From Candidatus Marinacidobacterales bacterium (GTDB lineage: Bacteria > Acidobacteriota > Vicinamibacteria > Marinacidobacterales > DATDRI01), in assembly GCA_965219415.1 (NCBI GenBank), contig CBDCNP010000002.1:5024001-5088000 (forward strand): 64,000 nucleotides of DNA, in the 5' to 3' direction. Below, piece after piece: positions 10,160-20,259 of this stretch (position 1 is the first letter of the stretch; the number at the start of each line of letters is the position of its first letter). The notes under the pieces were generated by a model. The model did not search any database, was not told where the DNA came from, and saw nothing but the letters and a program-made list of their open reading frames with translations. The position numbers were made by a program, and so were the translations under genes.

Positions 10160-11999
10160 GCGAGCTCCTCGGCCGGGGGCGCCGGCACTCTCACCTCGAG
10201 GTCGGTTCCCGTTCCGGGGCGAGACTTCAATAGCAAGGTCCCACCCACCAGGCGGACCCGCTCCTCCATACTGACCAATCCTAGGCCCCTCTTAGAGCCT
10301 TGGACGTCGAAGCCGACCCCGGAGTCGGAGACGAGTAAACAGAGTTCGTCATCGGCTTCGGTGAGCGTTACGCACGCTTCCCGAGCCTCCGAATGTTTGT
10401 TGATATTTTGGAGTGATTCTTGCGGCACCCGATACAGACACAGAGAGACATCAGCAGACACCGACCGCAAATCATCCGGAAGGTTCATCTGGATCGGGAT
10501 TCCTTGCATTACTGGTGAATTGAGTGCAGTAGGACCTCAGGGCCGCCACCAAACCAACGTGCTCCATGGTCGCCGGGTGTAACCGGTGAGATTGGCCGTC
10601 GCACGTCGTCGGTCAACTCGGCAGTTCGTCCCTGAAGCTCTGTCACCTGACCGTGAATGTCCTCTGATGGGTCGAGCCCTTGTTTCATTTTACTAAGAGT
10701 GATAGCGAGTGCGGCCAACTTTTGATTGACATCATCGTGGAGCTCACGAGTGACGCGCTTTCGTTCTTCCTCTTGGGCGACGATCAGTTCGCCAGCGAGG
10801 TGCTGGATCTGTGCGTGGCTATGCCGAAGCGCGTCTTCGGCCCGTTTGCGCTCAGTGATATCGACCATGAAGCCGCGGAGTGTTGCCGGGCTGCCATTTT
10901 CGTGTTCCACACTTACCAGATCGTGGAGCCAAATGACCGAACCCGTCGACGAGATCATGCGATATTCGAACTCGTACTCTTTGGACACTTGTGAAGAAGC
11001 CGCGCAGAATTCGAGGGCGCTCCGCCGGTCTTCGGGATAGATATGCTCGGTCCAGAAGTCGGTTTCATACCATCGGTCGATGGGGTACCCGAGGATCTTG
11101 ACCGCTTGAGGTCCCACATAGGTGAACTGCCAAGTCTTTCCGTCCGCCTCCCACGGAATGACCTTGGTCGACTCGAGGAGTTGGCGCAGTCGTTCCTCGC
11201 TTTTGGCGAGTGCGACTTCTGTGCGCTTGCGGGCCGTGATGTTGTGAGCCAAGACGTAGAAGCCCTGTACCGGGCCGCCACCCGGGGCGTCCGGCACGAG
11301 CGTGGCCTCTAGAACACCGGGATGCCCGCCGGGGCGCGGGACCTCCACCTCGAGTGTCGTGCCCTGGCCCGAGAGCGCGGCTTCCACGTGAGGTCGCACC
11401 TTCTCGTACATGCTCTTTCCGAGGACGTCTTGGATGAAATGTCCTCGGGACTCCTCTCGGGAGACGCCATACCAGTTTTCGTAAGCGGCGTTCATGAATC
11501 GATAACGTTGCTCGGAGTCGACGTAGGCGAAGATCTCCGGCAATGTGTCCGCCATGATGCGGAGGCGCTCCTCGCTATCCCGCACTTTCTGTTCGGCGCG
11601 CTTGCGCTCGTTTATGTCTTGCACGACCGCGCTGATGCCAAGGACAGCTCCGTCCTCGGACAAAAGCGGGTAATGGCTTGCCAGCCAGTCCTTCTCCACA
11701 TCGGGTTCCGCCGGAGTCGTCCCATGGACGTCGATATTCAACATCGGCTGTCCGGTCTCGAGAATCCGCCGATGCATCGGCATGAGGGTCGGAGCTAGCG
11801 CCGGAAGGACCTCCTGGACCGAGCGGCCGATGTGCTCGGCCACCGATTTGCCGTGGATCTCAGCCAGCAGCTGGTTGATCCGGAGGTAGCGGAGGTTTCG
11901 GTCCAGCAGGCAGAGCCCTACAGGGGCCGTCTGATACAGATGGTCGAGCTCCAAGGCCTGGTTGTGGAAGGTTTCTCTCTCGGTTTTGGTTGGGCCCAT
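10156..11999 (-). CDS. Triple-PAS sensor histidine kinase, HisKA_3 type (frameshift near 10510-10600)
   Basis: Three PAS/PAC repeats and EERKRVTRELHDD; HATPase (YRVPQESLQN, DSGVGF, GLGL) lies in the next ORF. Confidence 0.85.
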
Positions 12000-12247
12000 G
12001 TCTGAATGGCTCCCTTGGACCGCGCTCGGCCACGGACTCGCCGTCGCCGCGGCCTGTCTCTTGCCAACGGGGGCCCCTATTCTAGATCAAAAGGGGCGCA
12101 ATTTGGGAGCGACAGGGGTCACTGCTCACACTGCCTTGATCGACAAAGTAGCGAGTCTCCAGCCGGCATCGTCCTTCCCGCCTATCCTCAGGCTTTCGGA
12201 CCACGATCCGCTGAGCTACGATTAGGCTTCCGACCTTGGTGACCGCC

Positions 12248-12736
12248 ATGTTATCTCAGACGTTCACAATCGCGACAATTTGCCTCTTGGTGGGATGCAC
12301 ACAGGCAAGCGTCGAGGAGCAGGCGGAACGGGTCGCGCTGGAAGCGATACTTCAAGATCAACGAAGAGCCCATCTCGAACTGGACGCCGATCGGCTAGTT
12401 GAGCATGTCGCGGAGCAATTAGTGAGTATCGATAGCGGGACCATCATGGTTCAGCCCCGGGATGAGGTTCGCAAGATGTTTGCCGCGTACTTCGATGGAG
12501 CGTCCTACTCTGCCTGGAAGGATCTGGAACCGCCGTTGATCAAGATTTCCCCAGGGGGATCGATGGCCTGGGTCGTCCGCCGGGTCGAGGTGGATCGCGA
12601 GGAGCCGGATGGCGCAGGGGGGCGCCGCCGTCGCCGATTCATTTCGGCCTTCACGTCGACGTTCGGGAAAGTGGAAGGCGAGTGGCGGATGACGACAGTC
12701 ACGTCGACCCTTGTGCCCCCGGAGACGGTCGAGTGA
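12248..12736 (+). CDS. SnoaL/NTF2-like putative lipoprotein
   Basis: Lipobox LVGC; C-terminal KVEGEWRM strand typical of the NTF2 fold. Confidence 0.6.
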   Translation: MLSQTFTIATICLLVGCTQASVEEQAERVALEAILQDQRRAHLELDADRLVEHVAEQLVSIDSGTIMVQPRDEVRKMFAAYFDGASYSAWKDLEPPLIKISPGGSMAWVVRRVEVDREEPDGAGGRRRRRFISAFTSTFGKVEGEWRMTTVTSTLVPPETVE

Positions 12737-13485
12737 TGGGGACCAACGCGTCCGCAGACCGGAGCTGGTTGACCCCCGTCTCCGCCGCGCTATTCACAAT
12801 GGCAGCGGCAGCCTGGGCCCTTACCGGGCACCACCTGCGCTCGATGGAGGAGATGTCCGGAGTCAAGGACACGTCTCTTCTTTCCTTCATTGCCATGTGG
12901 TCGGTGATGATGGCGGCGATGATGTTACCGTCCGTGGCCCCACTCGCCTCCAGGTATACGAGGATGATTCGTTCGCAAAGATGGTTCGGACTGGCGTCTT
13001 TCGCGACCGGCTATCTCGCCGTCTGGGGCGTGAGCGGAGGGATGGCGTTCTTGCTGGGCTGGTCAGTGGTCGAGCTAGGCGTGCTCAACGGTGTTGGCGC
13101 CGCCAAGTTGGCGGCCGTGATGACCTTCGCAATCTGCGGCATCTACCAGCTAAGCTCTCTTAAGCATCGGTGCCTTGCCAAGTGCCGCACTCCGTTTTCT
13201 TTGCTTCTGGAATATGCGTCGTGGCGGGGCCCGCTTCGCCACTTTCGGGTGGGCGCTCACCACGGGGCCTACTGTTTGGGATGTTGTTGGGCGCTAATGG
13301 TTCTGATGTTTGTCTTCGGTGTCATGAACATTGGTGCGATGTTGATTCTGAGTGTGGTGATCGCGATCGAAAAGACGTGGACCACCAACGAGATGTTTCC
13401 TCGCGCCGTAGGCTTTGGGTGTTTAGCCTTAGCGGTTGCGGTGCTTTGGTTTCCGGCTCTTTACCCCGGCCTGGATATGAAATGA
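12736..13485 (+). CDS. DUF2182 predicted metal-binding membrane protein
   Basis: MWSVMMAAMMLPS, YQLSSLKHRCLAKCRTP, YCLGCCWALM motifs. Confidence 0.85.
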   Translation: MGTNASADRSWLTPVSAALFTMAAAAWALTGHHLRSMEEMSGVKDTSLLSFIAMWSVMMAAMMLPSVAPLASRYTRMIRSQRWFGLASFATGYLAVWGVSGGMAFLLGWSVVELGVLNGVGAAKLAAVMTFAICGIYQLSSLKHRCLAKCRTPFSLLLEYASWRGPLRHFRVGAHHGAYCLGCCWALMVLMFVFGVMNIGAMLILSVVIAIEKTWTTNEMFPRAVGFGCLALAVAVLWFPALYPGLDMK

Positions 13486-13506
13486 CAATGACGCGGAGCG
13501 TGTGAG

Positions 13507-13665
13507 ATGGGGGATCGGTGGCATCTTTCGTGGACGTACTATGAAGTATGCAATTGCGAGGCGGTGTGCCCGTGCCGGGTCCATCGGGACCTCCGCCGTG
13601 CGTCGTATGACACCTGCGACTTGTTTCTTCCGAGACCCGGATGGGCACCTCCTCGAGATCAGTGA
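13507..13665 (+). pseudogene. Truncated DUF1326-like gene joined to a VOC/glyoxalase 3' remnant
   Basis: MGDRWHLSWTYYEVCNCEAVCPCR..YDTC; another frame from ~13622 reads FFRDPDGHLLEISE. Confidence 0.6.
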
Positions 13666-13806
13666 AGCGAAGTGATTCTGGTCGCCAACTACGATATGTC
13701 TAGGGGCAGGCTCTGGCCTTTGGTGTTGTTGGTGCAGTTGGTGGGACCGTACGTGGTGGTGCTAAGACAACTTTGATAACCGTCGCTCTCCGGCGGGGGA
13801 GATTCC

Positions 13807-14478
13807 ATGAAACGTGACTTCAGCACTCAGGTAACAGGGTCGGCCTTCCTAGCCGCGGGTTTGCTACTGTGGTTCGGCTGGATGCTCCTCCCAACCCACA
13901 TCGGGACGTTCTTCCAAGTCGGGGATTTCGCCGCGGTCGGCGAGAGCCTGACGTTCTGGATATGGATGTATCGGATTCATTTCTTCGGTATTGTCGTATC
14001 GGTCATGGCGCTGGTTGCGCTGGGGGCGTTGCTGACCGACGCGGAAGCGCGGATTCTGATTTGGCCCGGGGTGGGAGTCGCGGCCGCGGGTCTTATGGTG
14101 GGAGCGGCGGGTGCGGCGTTCTACTATCATTTCGGTGCATGGGGCGCTCTCGAGATGGTAGGAAAGTCGGAGGCAGAAATTCGCGGATACGTCGACTCGT
14201 TGCGAAACGATACTGAATACATCACTTGTCTCGTTCGCTTCGGGCGTGTCTTTTCGGGCTTTGGGCTGCTGGTCATGGCGGCGGGCCTCTTGAAGTGGAA
14301 GATACTACCGGTGTGGCTCGGGGTCTTCCCCGCGATTATCGGGCTGGGTGCGATGGCGGTGACCATGGGTTTCCCCGATGACATGCATTTCTATTTGCCC
14401 ATTTTTCACGTATGGGCCTTGTGGCTGGCAGCCACCGGGATCGTGACGCTTCGCTCCGGTATACGGGTGGCGAGTTGA
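13807..14478 (+). CDS. Hypothetical multi-pass membrane protein
   Basis: GGGGGAG RBS; about six hydrophobic segments. Confidence 0.75.
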   Translation: MKRDFSTQVTGSAFLAAGLLLWFGWMLLPTHIGTFFQVGDFAAVGESLTFWIWMYRIHFFGIVVSVMALVALGALLTDAEARILIWPGVGVAAAGLMVGAAGAAFYYHFGAWGALEMVGKSEAEIRGYVDSLRNDTEYITCLVRFGRVFSGFGLLVMAAGLLKWKILPVWLGVFPAIIGLGAMAVTMGFPDDMHFYLPIFHVWALWLAATGIVTLRSGIRVAS

Positions 14479-14511
14479 TTCGGGCCGTTGTCGCGTGGAG
14501 ATGAGCACGAA

Positions 14512-15975
14512 ATGAACACTTCCATCGGTTTGAGCCCGGAAGACGCTCGAGCCCTCTGGTTCTTCGGATTCAAGCTTTTTTTGGGAGGGCTCTTGGCGCT
14601 CTTCATTGGAGCGCTCTACAAACGATTCGGAACCACGGCCTCCGACCGGGAAGAGTTCGCAAGGATGTTTCCTCTCTTCACCATGACCACTATCGTCGTC
14701 ATCGCGGTTGTTCAGGCGTCGCTTGCTCTTTCGCTGGGTCTCATCGGAGCCCTTACGATCATCCGGTTCCGAGGTCCCATCAAGAGCCCGGAGGAGATCG
14801 TCTATCTGTTGTTTTGCGTCTCGATGGGATTGGCGCTAGGCGCAGGTCAGCTTGCTCTCGCCCTCGTCGCCGCCGCGATTGTGGCCGCTTTCGCCATCTT
14901 CCACCAAATCGGGAATCGTCCAGCCTATGAGAGGACCCTGCTCCTGAAAGTTGCCGGCGACGCGCAGCATTTTTTCCCAAATGATGGTTTGTCCGGTCTG
15001 CAGCGCTTGAGCAAATTCAAGCCGGTTACGTTTCAACGGCTCGACCGGGATGGCGACCGGGTGGAGCTCCGCGCCATTTTGACCGTAGAAGCAACCGAGG
15101 AAACGGATAACGTCTTGAAGGAGCTCCGCGAGGAGCTCCCCCAACTCAAGGTATCGTCGGTCGCTATTGACGTTCAAGCAGGCGGTGGCCAGGCGCCTTC
15201 TGAGCGAGCCGATAAGGCGACCGTCGCATCGTCAGCCAAACTGGAGCTGGTCGAGGAGCCGCGAGAAGCAACAGGAGTCGATCTGTCGCGTCGAGAAGTG
15301 AAGTTTGCCCTGCCCAATGCCGATGCAGAGAAAGTGCGTTCGATACTCGAGGTCAATTGTCAGCGCATCATACACAACGGTCCTAGTTCGGTGGTCAGCA
15401 CCATCTATTACGACGACGTTCGATTGAGCGGCTGCCAAGAGAACCTGGACGGCGTGCCGCGAAGGGCGAAGGTCAGGCTTCGTTGGTACGATGACGATGA
15501 CCGGCGTGGGCGCCTCTTCTTCGAAATCAAAAGGCGGGTCGACTCGATGGTTCACAAAGAACGCATCGAGCTCCGCGCACATCAGCCGTTGGGAGATATG
15601 ACCTATCGTGAACTCTTGGCGGAGCTGCAGAAGATCCTACCGGCTCCTGCCGCAGAAATGCTGCTGGCCCGTCCAGAAGCCATATTGATGACAGAGTATC
15701 GACGCGAGTACTTTCGTGCGTCAGCAAGCCCGGCGCGCATCACGTTGGATGAGGACATCGTCAGTTACTCTCAGAGGGGGTTGAACCGTCCCCGAAAGGA
15801 GTTCGGTACCAAGGGGTCGGACCTCGTGATCCTGGAGGCCAAGATTCCGACCGCTGCGGGAGACGAGCTGCGGGAGCTGCTCCACCCACTCGAGCCCTAT
15901 GTCACGAAATCTTCCAAGTATGTGCAAGGTTGCCTGCGCCTAGGCTTACTCGAAGGTTCTTCGGCAACCGAGTGA
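14512..15975 (+). CDS. DUF4956 membrane domain fused to a VTC (CYTH-like polyphosphate polymerase) domain
   Basis: SLALSLGLIGALTIIRFRGPIKSPEE, then RREVKF, IYYDD, RAKVRLRWY, FFEIK, YRREYF, RITLD, ILEAK, SKY. Confidence 0.8.
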   Translation: MNTSIGLSPEDARALWFFGFKLFLGGLLALFIGALYKRFGTTASDREEFARMFPLFTMTTIVVIAVVQASLALSLGLIGALTIIRFRGPIKSPEEIVYLLFCVSMGLALGAGQLALALVAAAIVAAFAIFHQIGNRPAYERTLLLKVAGDAQHFFPNDGLSGLQRLSKFKPVTFQRLDRDGDRVELRAILTVEATEETDNVLKELREELPQLKVSSVAIDVQAGGGQAPSERADKATVASSAKLELVEEPREATGVDLSRREVKFALPNADAEKVRSILEVNCQRIIHNGPSSVVSTIYYDDVRLSGCQENLDGVPRRAKVRLRWYDDDDRRGRLFFEIKRRVDSMVHKERIELRAHQPLGDMTYRELLAELQKILPAPAAEMLLARPEAILMTEYRREYFRASASPARITLDEDIVSYSQRGLNRPRKEFGTKGSDLVILEAKIPTAAGDELRELLHPLEPYVTKSSKYVQGCLRLGLLEGSSATE

Positions 15976-15999
15976 CGGTAGTTCCAAGCTGAAAGTCCA

Positions 16000-17256
16000 A
16001 TGCCTTTTCGGCGTGCCTCACCTTGGCTCTTTTTCCCGCTAATCCTGGTAACGGTTGGCACTCTTGCGGTCATCGGCTTCCCGGGTCCCAGCAAGGGGAA
16101 CGATGACATCACCCTCCTCGAGGATAGCAAGCTGCGGCGCATCTTTGCGGAGCGCCGAATCGATCGGCCAAGTTTCCGAATCGACCTCATTATGCCGGAA
16201 AACGTTGTCCGGGACTTCCAGAAGCGCCTCAAATATCAAGCACAAGTGAACATCTCGTTTGCTCGCGGACCGCACCGGCCGGCGATGCTGCGCATTCGAG
16301 GGGCGACCACCAGGAGGTCGGACCGCAAGAGCTTCTTGGTAACGCTGTTCGATGCACAGAGATTCAGCGAAATCAAGCTTGGCAAGTTCCTACTACTGAA
16401 CATGCTCTTCGACCCAAGCGCTTTCGAGATGTATGTCAGCTACCGCCTCCTTGCAGAGCTCGGCCTTTTTCCGAGCTACTTTCAATACGCGAGTGTTTTC
16501 ATTAACGGAATTCCTCAGGGGCTCTACCTATTGGTGGAGCGCCCCGAAGACGCCATACGCCGAAACTCATCCACGGTCGTTTCCGTGATACGACCGAACG
16601 GTCGGAGAGCAAGAGTAAAGTACTCCGTCAAATACTCAATCCCTCAGTCCGATCCATTGCGCCTCGTGCATTCGATACGACGCGCGACGAGGAAGAAGAG
16701 TGGTAAGGGGTTGGAGGACGAACTAAATCGCAAGTTGAACCTCGACCAATACCTACTCTGGCTGGCGTTCAATAGCCTCTTCGAGAACGGAGATTCTCGC
16801 AACGAGCTCTACCTCTTCGAAGAGCGAGCCGCAGACGTTGAGTGGGGACGACTCGGTATGGTGGCTTGGGATTTCGATGACGTCCAGGAGGAACCCATTC
16901 GCAGGGCAGAAACTCTTCGCGACCCTCTCCTCTACGGGTGCGAAATGGATCTAGATTTCGTAATTAGCAGGGACCTTCAGCTCTATTCCCGATACAAGCA
17001 CGTGCTCCGCAATCTCTTGGAAGAACTTCTGACGGAAGAGAAGCTAATCGCGGAGCTGCAAAACGTCGAAGAGACAGTGCTGGGGATCGACAGCGGACTT
17101 CCCCAGGAAACGCAGATTGCCGCTGGTAACGATCGGACAAGAAGAATGCTCGATTTCCAACAACGTCTCTTGTCCCGGCCGCACCACACTCCTGACACTC
17201 CTGGCAGGCCTCGACCCACCTTGAGCGAGCGGAACGCTGGGCTCGTCCGGCCCTAG
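16000..17256 (+). CDS. CotH-family kinase with N-terminal anchor
   Basis: IRGATTR..RKSF, VFING..QGLYLLVE, NGD..N, AWDFD. Confidence 0.8.
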   Translation: MPFRRASPWLFFPLILVTVGTLAVIGFPGPSKGNDDITLLEDSKLRRIFAERRIDRPSFRIDLIMPENVVRDFQKRLKYQAQVNISFARGPHRPAMLRIRGATTRRSDRKSFLVTLFDAQRFSEIKLGKFLLLNMLFDPSAFEMYVSYRLLAELGLFPSYFQYASVFINGIPQGLYLLVERPEDAIRRNSSTVVSVIRPNGRRARVKYSVKYSIPQSDPLRLVHSIRRATRKKSGKGLEDELNRKLNLDQYLLWLAFNSLFENGDSRNELYLFEERAADVEWGRLGMVAWDFDDVQEEPIRRAETLRDPLLYGCEMDLDFVISRDLQLYSRYKHVLRNLLEELLTEEKLIAELQNVEETVLGIDSGLPQETQIAAGNDRTRRMLDFQQRLLSRPHHTPDTPGRPRPTLSERNAGLVRP

Positions 17257-17939
17257 AGAAGCGAGTCCAAATTCACGTAGGAAACTTGCAGCTGTGGAAG
17301 CTTGGTCTGCAGGGCCGACATGAGGGCGGTGGTTTCATCTGGACTCTGCAGGGAGACGTTGGCGCGGAACTGAACCTGACCCTCTTCGAGGTCGAAGCGC
17401 TGAATCGTGAGGCCCTTGGTGGTTTCCTTGAGAATGTCCAACACATTGTCTCCTGACTTTTGGAAGAAGCGATCCGCGTCACCGGTGACGGTAAGAAGGA
17501 GGTTGTGCTGACGGGCCCTCTTGTTAAGAAAGCGGCGGCTCAGGATAAAGGCGGAAACGACGAGGACCGCGACGAAGGTCAGCAACCGATGTTCTGCTCC
17601 AAGAGCGAGCCCAACTCCGATACAGAAAAACAAATAGACCAGCTCCTCCGGGGTCTTGATGGCAGTTCGGAAGCGAACGATGGAAAGTGCTCCTACCAGT
17701 CCCAGAGACAACGCTAAAGACGATTTGACCACGAAAATGATCACTACCGTCACCGCGGTGAGCACAGGAAAGATATTCGCGAAGTTCTCCCGATTCGAAA
17801 GGGAAGTGCTGCAGCGCTTGTAGAGCTCTCGGACGTAGATGCCAATGGCGCCACCGATGAGCATATTGATCGTACAGCGAACGACCATGTTCGCTTCGGG
17901 GCTCAGGTTGTTATACCAGTCGGTTAAGCTTGGCAGCAC
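17253..17939 (-). CDS. DUF4956 membrane protein
   Basis: GAGGG RBS + GTG. KSSLALSLGLVGALSIVRFRTAIKTPEELVYLF; ACT-like C-terminus. Confidence 0.8.
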   Translation of the reverse strand: MLPSLTDWYNNLSPEANMVVRCTINMLIGGAIGIYVRELYKRCSTSLSNRENFANIFPVLTAVTVVIIFVVKSSLALSLGLVGALSIVRFRTAIKTPEELVYLFFCIGVGLALGAEHRLLTFVAVLVVSAFILSRRFLNKRARQHNLLLTVTGDADRFFQKSGDNVLDILKETTKGLTIQRFDLEEGQVQFRANVSLQSPDETTALMSALQTKLPQLQVSYVNLDSLL

Positions 17940-17979
17940 GTCGTCCCTCTTATGTGGCGGAGATGATACTCCAGTCAAA

Positions 17980-20088
17980 CTAATGACGCAATGGATGTGG
18001 ATCTCTGAACAACAGATGTGCGTGCCGGGGAGGTGAAGAGTTCGCTCCAACCTCGGCGAGAAAGCCGGGCGTCGCTTCAGCGAGGGCACTCCATTCGCCT
18101 TCGGGCCCCTCGGTTTTGACACGAGCCTCCAACGGGGTAGACAGTCCCAGCGCAATTTGTTTCCCGGTGCCGCCGCGCAAGGCGTTCGGCGATAGTCCGC
18201 CGCCGGGCGAGCGAGGATCCTCGCCGGTCAACGTGTAATAGATGGTGCCGTTGTCGCCGTTGGGCCGGTTAAGCCTGTTGAGATTGCTCAACTCTACGAC
18301 CTTCCCGCCGGTCAAGGTCGTGGAATACCCTAGCTCGGGGGGATCGAGCGTAGGGTAATAGCCTTCTTGACGTAAGGCCTGAATCAACTTCTCGACGTTC
18401 CCGCGCATCCGCTCCGCGACGCGTTCCACTTCCGGAAAGAACGTATTTTCTCGAGTTCGCCTCGTCGCGCCTACTTCTTCGCGCGCGTCCCCCCACCGAG
18501 CAGATTCGGCAAGGAGAGCGTCCTTGACGAACTGATTGAGAGATCGCCAACGCGCCGTGGCGTTGGCTTCGGTCAGGGCTCCCTCGTTAAAGCAGTGACG
18601 ATACACGCGATCCGCAAATAGAATCATGAAGTTACGGTTCTTTCTGAGTGCGTGCCATAAGCCCACCATGTTGGGCTCTGTGCCATCGTGGTCGGCGCGA
18701 AAGCGAGGATGTACCCAAGCTGCTGCTGCCGGGCCGGTCTCCCAGCTGAGCTCCGCATCCCATACAAAGAACACCATGGCAGAGGTCGGGTTGACGCGAT
18801 GTCCGGCGAACCAGTTGTAGTCCGGCCAATCCCAATCGTGCATGTACCAGCAAAGGATCAGGTAGTCCGCAAACCGTGTGACGTCCAAGTACTCCTGGAG
18901 CTCTTCATAATGGGAGGGTTCTCGCATGTCCTTGTCTTTGAGGTCGCGCCTCAGATAATTCCACCGCGCCGGGTCTCCATGAAGGGGTCCATCTTCGTTC
19001 ACCGCGAACCAGTCCTGCATCGAACCGCCCAGATGAGCTGCCAGGAACCAAGCGTCCGGCCGTTCGCACGCGTTATAGACGCCCCAATAGAGTCCGTTGA
19101 GGTACAGATGTACGAACGTCCCGTGCGAGCCTAGCCCCGACATCGCGATTTGAGTATCCCTCGCCCACTGATCGCGCGTATAGGCGGTGCGCTCGGGATA
19201 CCAATTTGTAGCCCAGGAGCGGTTCTTACCTGAACGGAGCACGATCCGGTCGTAAACGCCGGCCGCTGTCTCGCCATTTAGTGGGGCGTCTCGGAAGATG
19301 GAAGATTCGAATTTTCCCGAACCGTACTCCTTCTTGAACACGAGCCGGAGCGCGCGTTTGACCAGCCGCCAACTATGCCCCTCGACGGCAGCGTCTACCT
19401 GCGTGTTCTTGGCAGGTCGATGAGGGTATAGGAGCTCGACCGAGGCGGGACGCGTGCTTCCCTCCCGACTTCCGAAACGGCTTCCCTCCATGCTCCCTCC
19501 CCAATAAACCCCGCTGCCGAGAACATCAGTCCGGTCGCTACCCGGTAGGGTGACTCGTCGGAAGAGGTCGTCTTTGTCCATGACGATGGAGAGAGTGGGG
19601 ATGGATTCGAGGCCCCGACGTATCGCAAACCTGTCGTGCCGATCGCGCACGACTCGTGGGTCCATTTCGTAGTCGAGCGTCACCGTCTCACGGATACCGC
19701 TCGGCAGCTTGGGGTTCGGATAACCTGGAACCAGCGCCGGCTGCTCGACGACATCTCTCAAGAAGATGTAGGTTTGAGTGTCGACATTGCTGGGAAGCAT
19801 CCCCTTCTTGAAGGCGATGGCTCTCAATGTCGTGGTTCGGTCTATGTCCACGGTCAGGGGGTTTCGGTCACCCCGACCGTGATTAGGCGTAGGGGCGCTT
19901 CCGTCGAGTGTGTAGCGTATGCGTGCCCCCTCGGTACTGGAGTAGATGAGGACGTTGATACTTGAAGCATAGAACCCGCGCTTGTAGTTGAAGCGTGTGT
20001 CCTTGACCTGATTGAGCGCTTGCGGAGGTTCGGCAGCTAGGAACGGCGCAAAGATCAGTAAGACGCAGACGGAGCGAACAAGGTCCAT
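17980..20088 (-). CDS. Secreted CotH-family kinase with FN3-associated/chitobiase-like domains
   Basis: Signal peptide, IRYTLDGSAP, FVHLYLNGLYWGVYN..ERPD, DWP..NW, WDAE, ESARWGD. Confidence 0.8.
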   Translation of the reverse strand: MDLVRSVCVLLIFAPFLAAEPPQALNQVKDTRFNYKRGFYASSINVLIYSSTEGARIRYTLDGSAPTPNHGRGDRNPLTVDIDRTTTLRAIAFKKGMLPSNVDTQTYIFLRDVVEQPALVPGYPNPKLPSGIRETVTLDYEMDPRVVRDRHDRFAIRRGLESIPTLSIVMDKDDLFRRVTLPGSDRTDVLGSGVYWGGSMEGSRFGSREGSTRPASVELLYPHRPAKNTQVDAAVEGHSWRLVKRALRLVFKKEYGSGKFESSIFRDAPLNGETAAGVYDRIVLRSGKNRSWATNWYPERTAYTRDQWARDTQIAMSGLGSHGTFVHLYLNGLYWGVYNACERPDAWFLAAHLGGSMQDWFAVNEDGPLHGDPARWNYLRRDLKDKDMREPSHYEELQEYLDVTRFADYLILCWYMHDWDWPDYNWFAGHRVNPTSAMVFFVWDAELSWETGPAAAAWVHPRFRADHDGTEPNMVGLWHALRKNRNFMILFADRVYRHCFNEGALTEANATARWRSLNQFVKDALLAESARWGDAREEVGATRRTRENTFFPEVERVAERMRGNVEKLIQALRQEGYYPTLDPPELGYSTTLTGGKVVELSNLNRLNRPNGDNGTIYYTLTGEDPRSPGGGLSPNALRGGTGKQIALGLSTPLEARVKTEGPEGEWSALAEATPGFLAEVGANSSPPRHAHLLFRDPHPLRH

Positions 20089-20259
20089 ACTGGCTCAGCC
20101 TGCTTCGGTTAGCGGGGTGGGCAGGAAGCAGGGTGCCAAGAGATTCACTGCACCCTGCGCGAGCGGAGCGAGCCCGGGCCGAGTGGGCCGATAACAGGAA
20201 GCCGAGCGAGGAGTGAGGCGCCAAGCGCGCGAACGAAGAGTGAGCGCGCACTGGACCAT

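Noticed and set aside
17940-18155. CotH-DUF4956 fusion by frameshift
   Set aside because: The DUF4956 gene has its own RBS and GTG at 17939, and the overlapping upstream frame is not protein-like. A sequencing error cannot be fully excluded.
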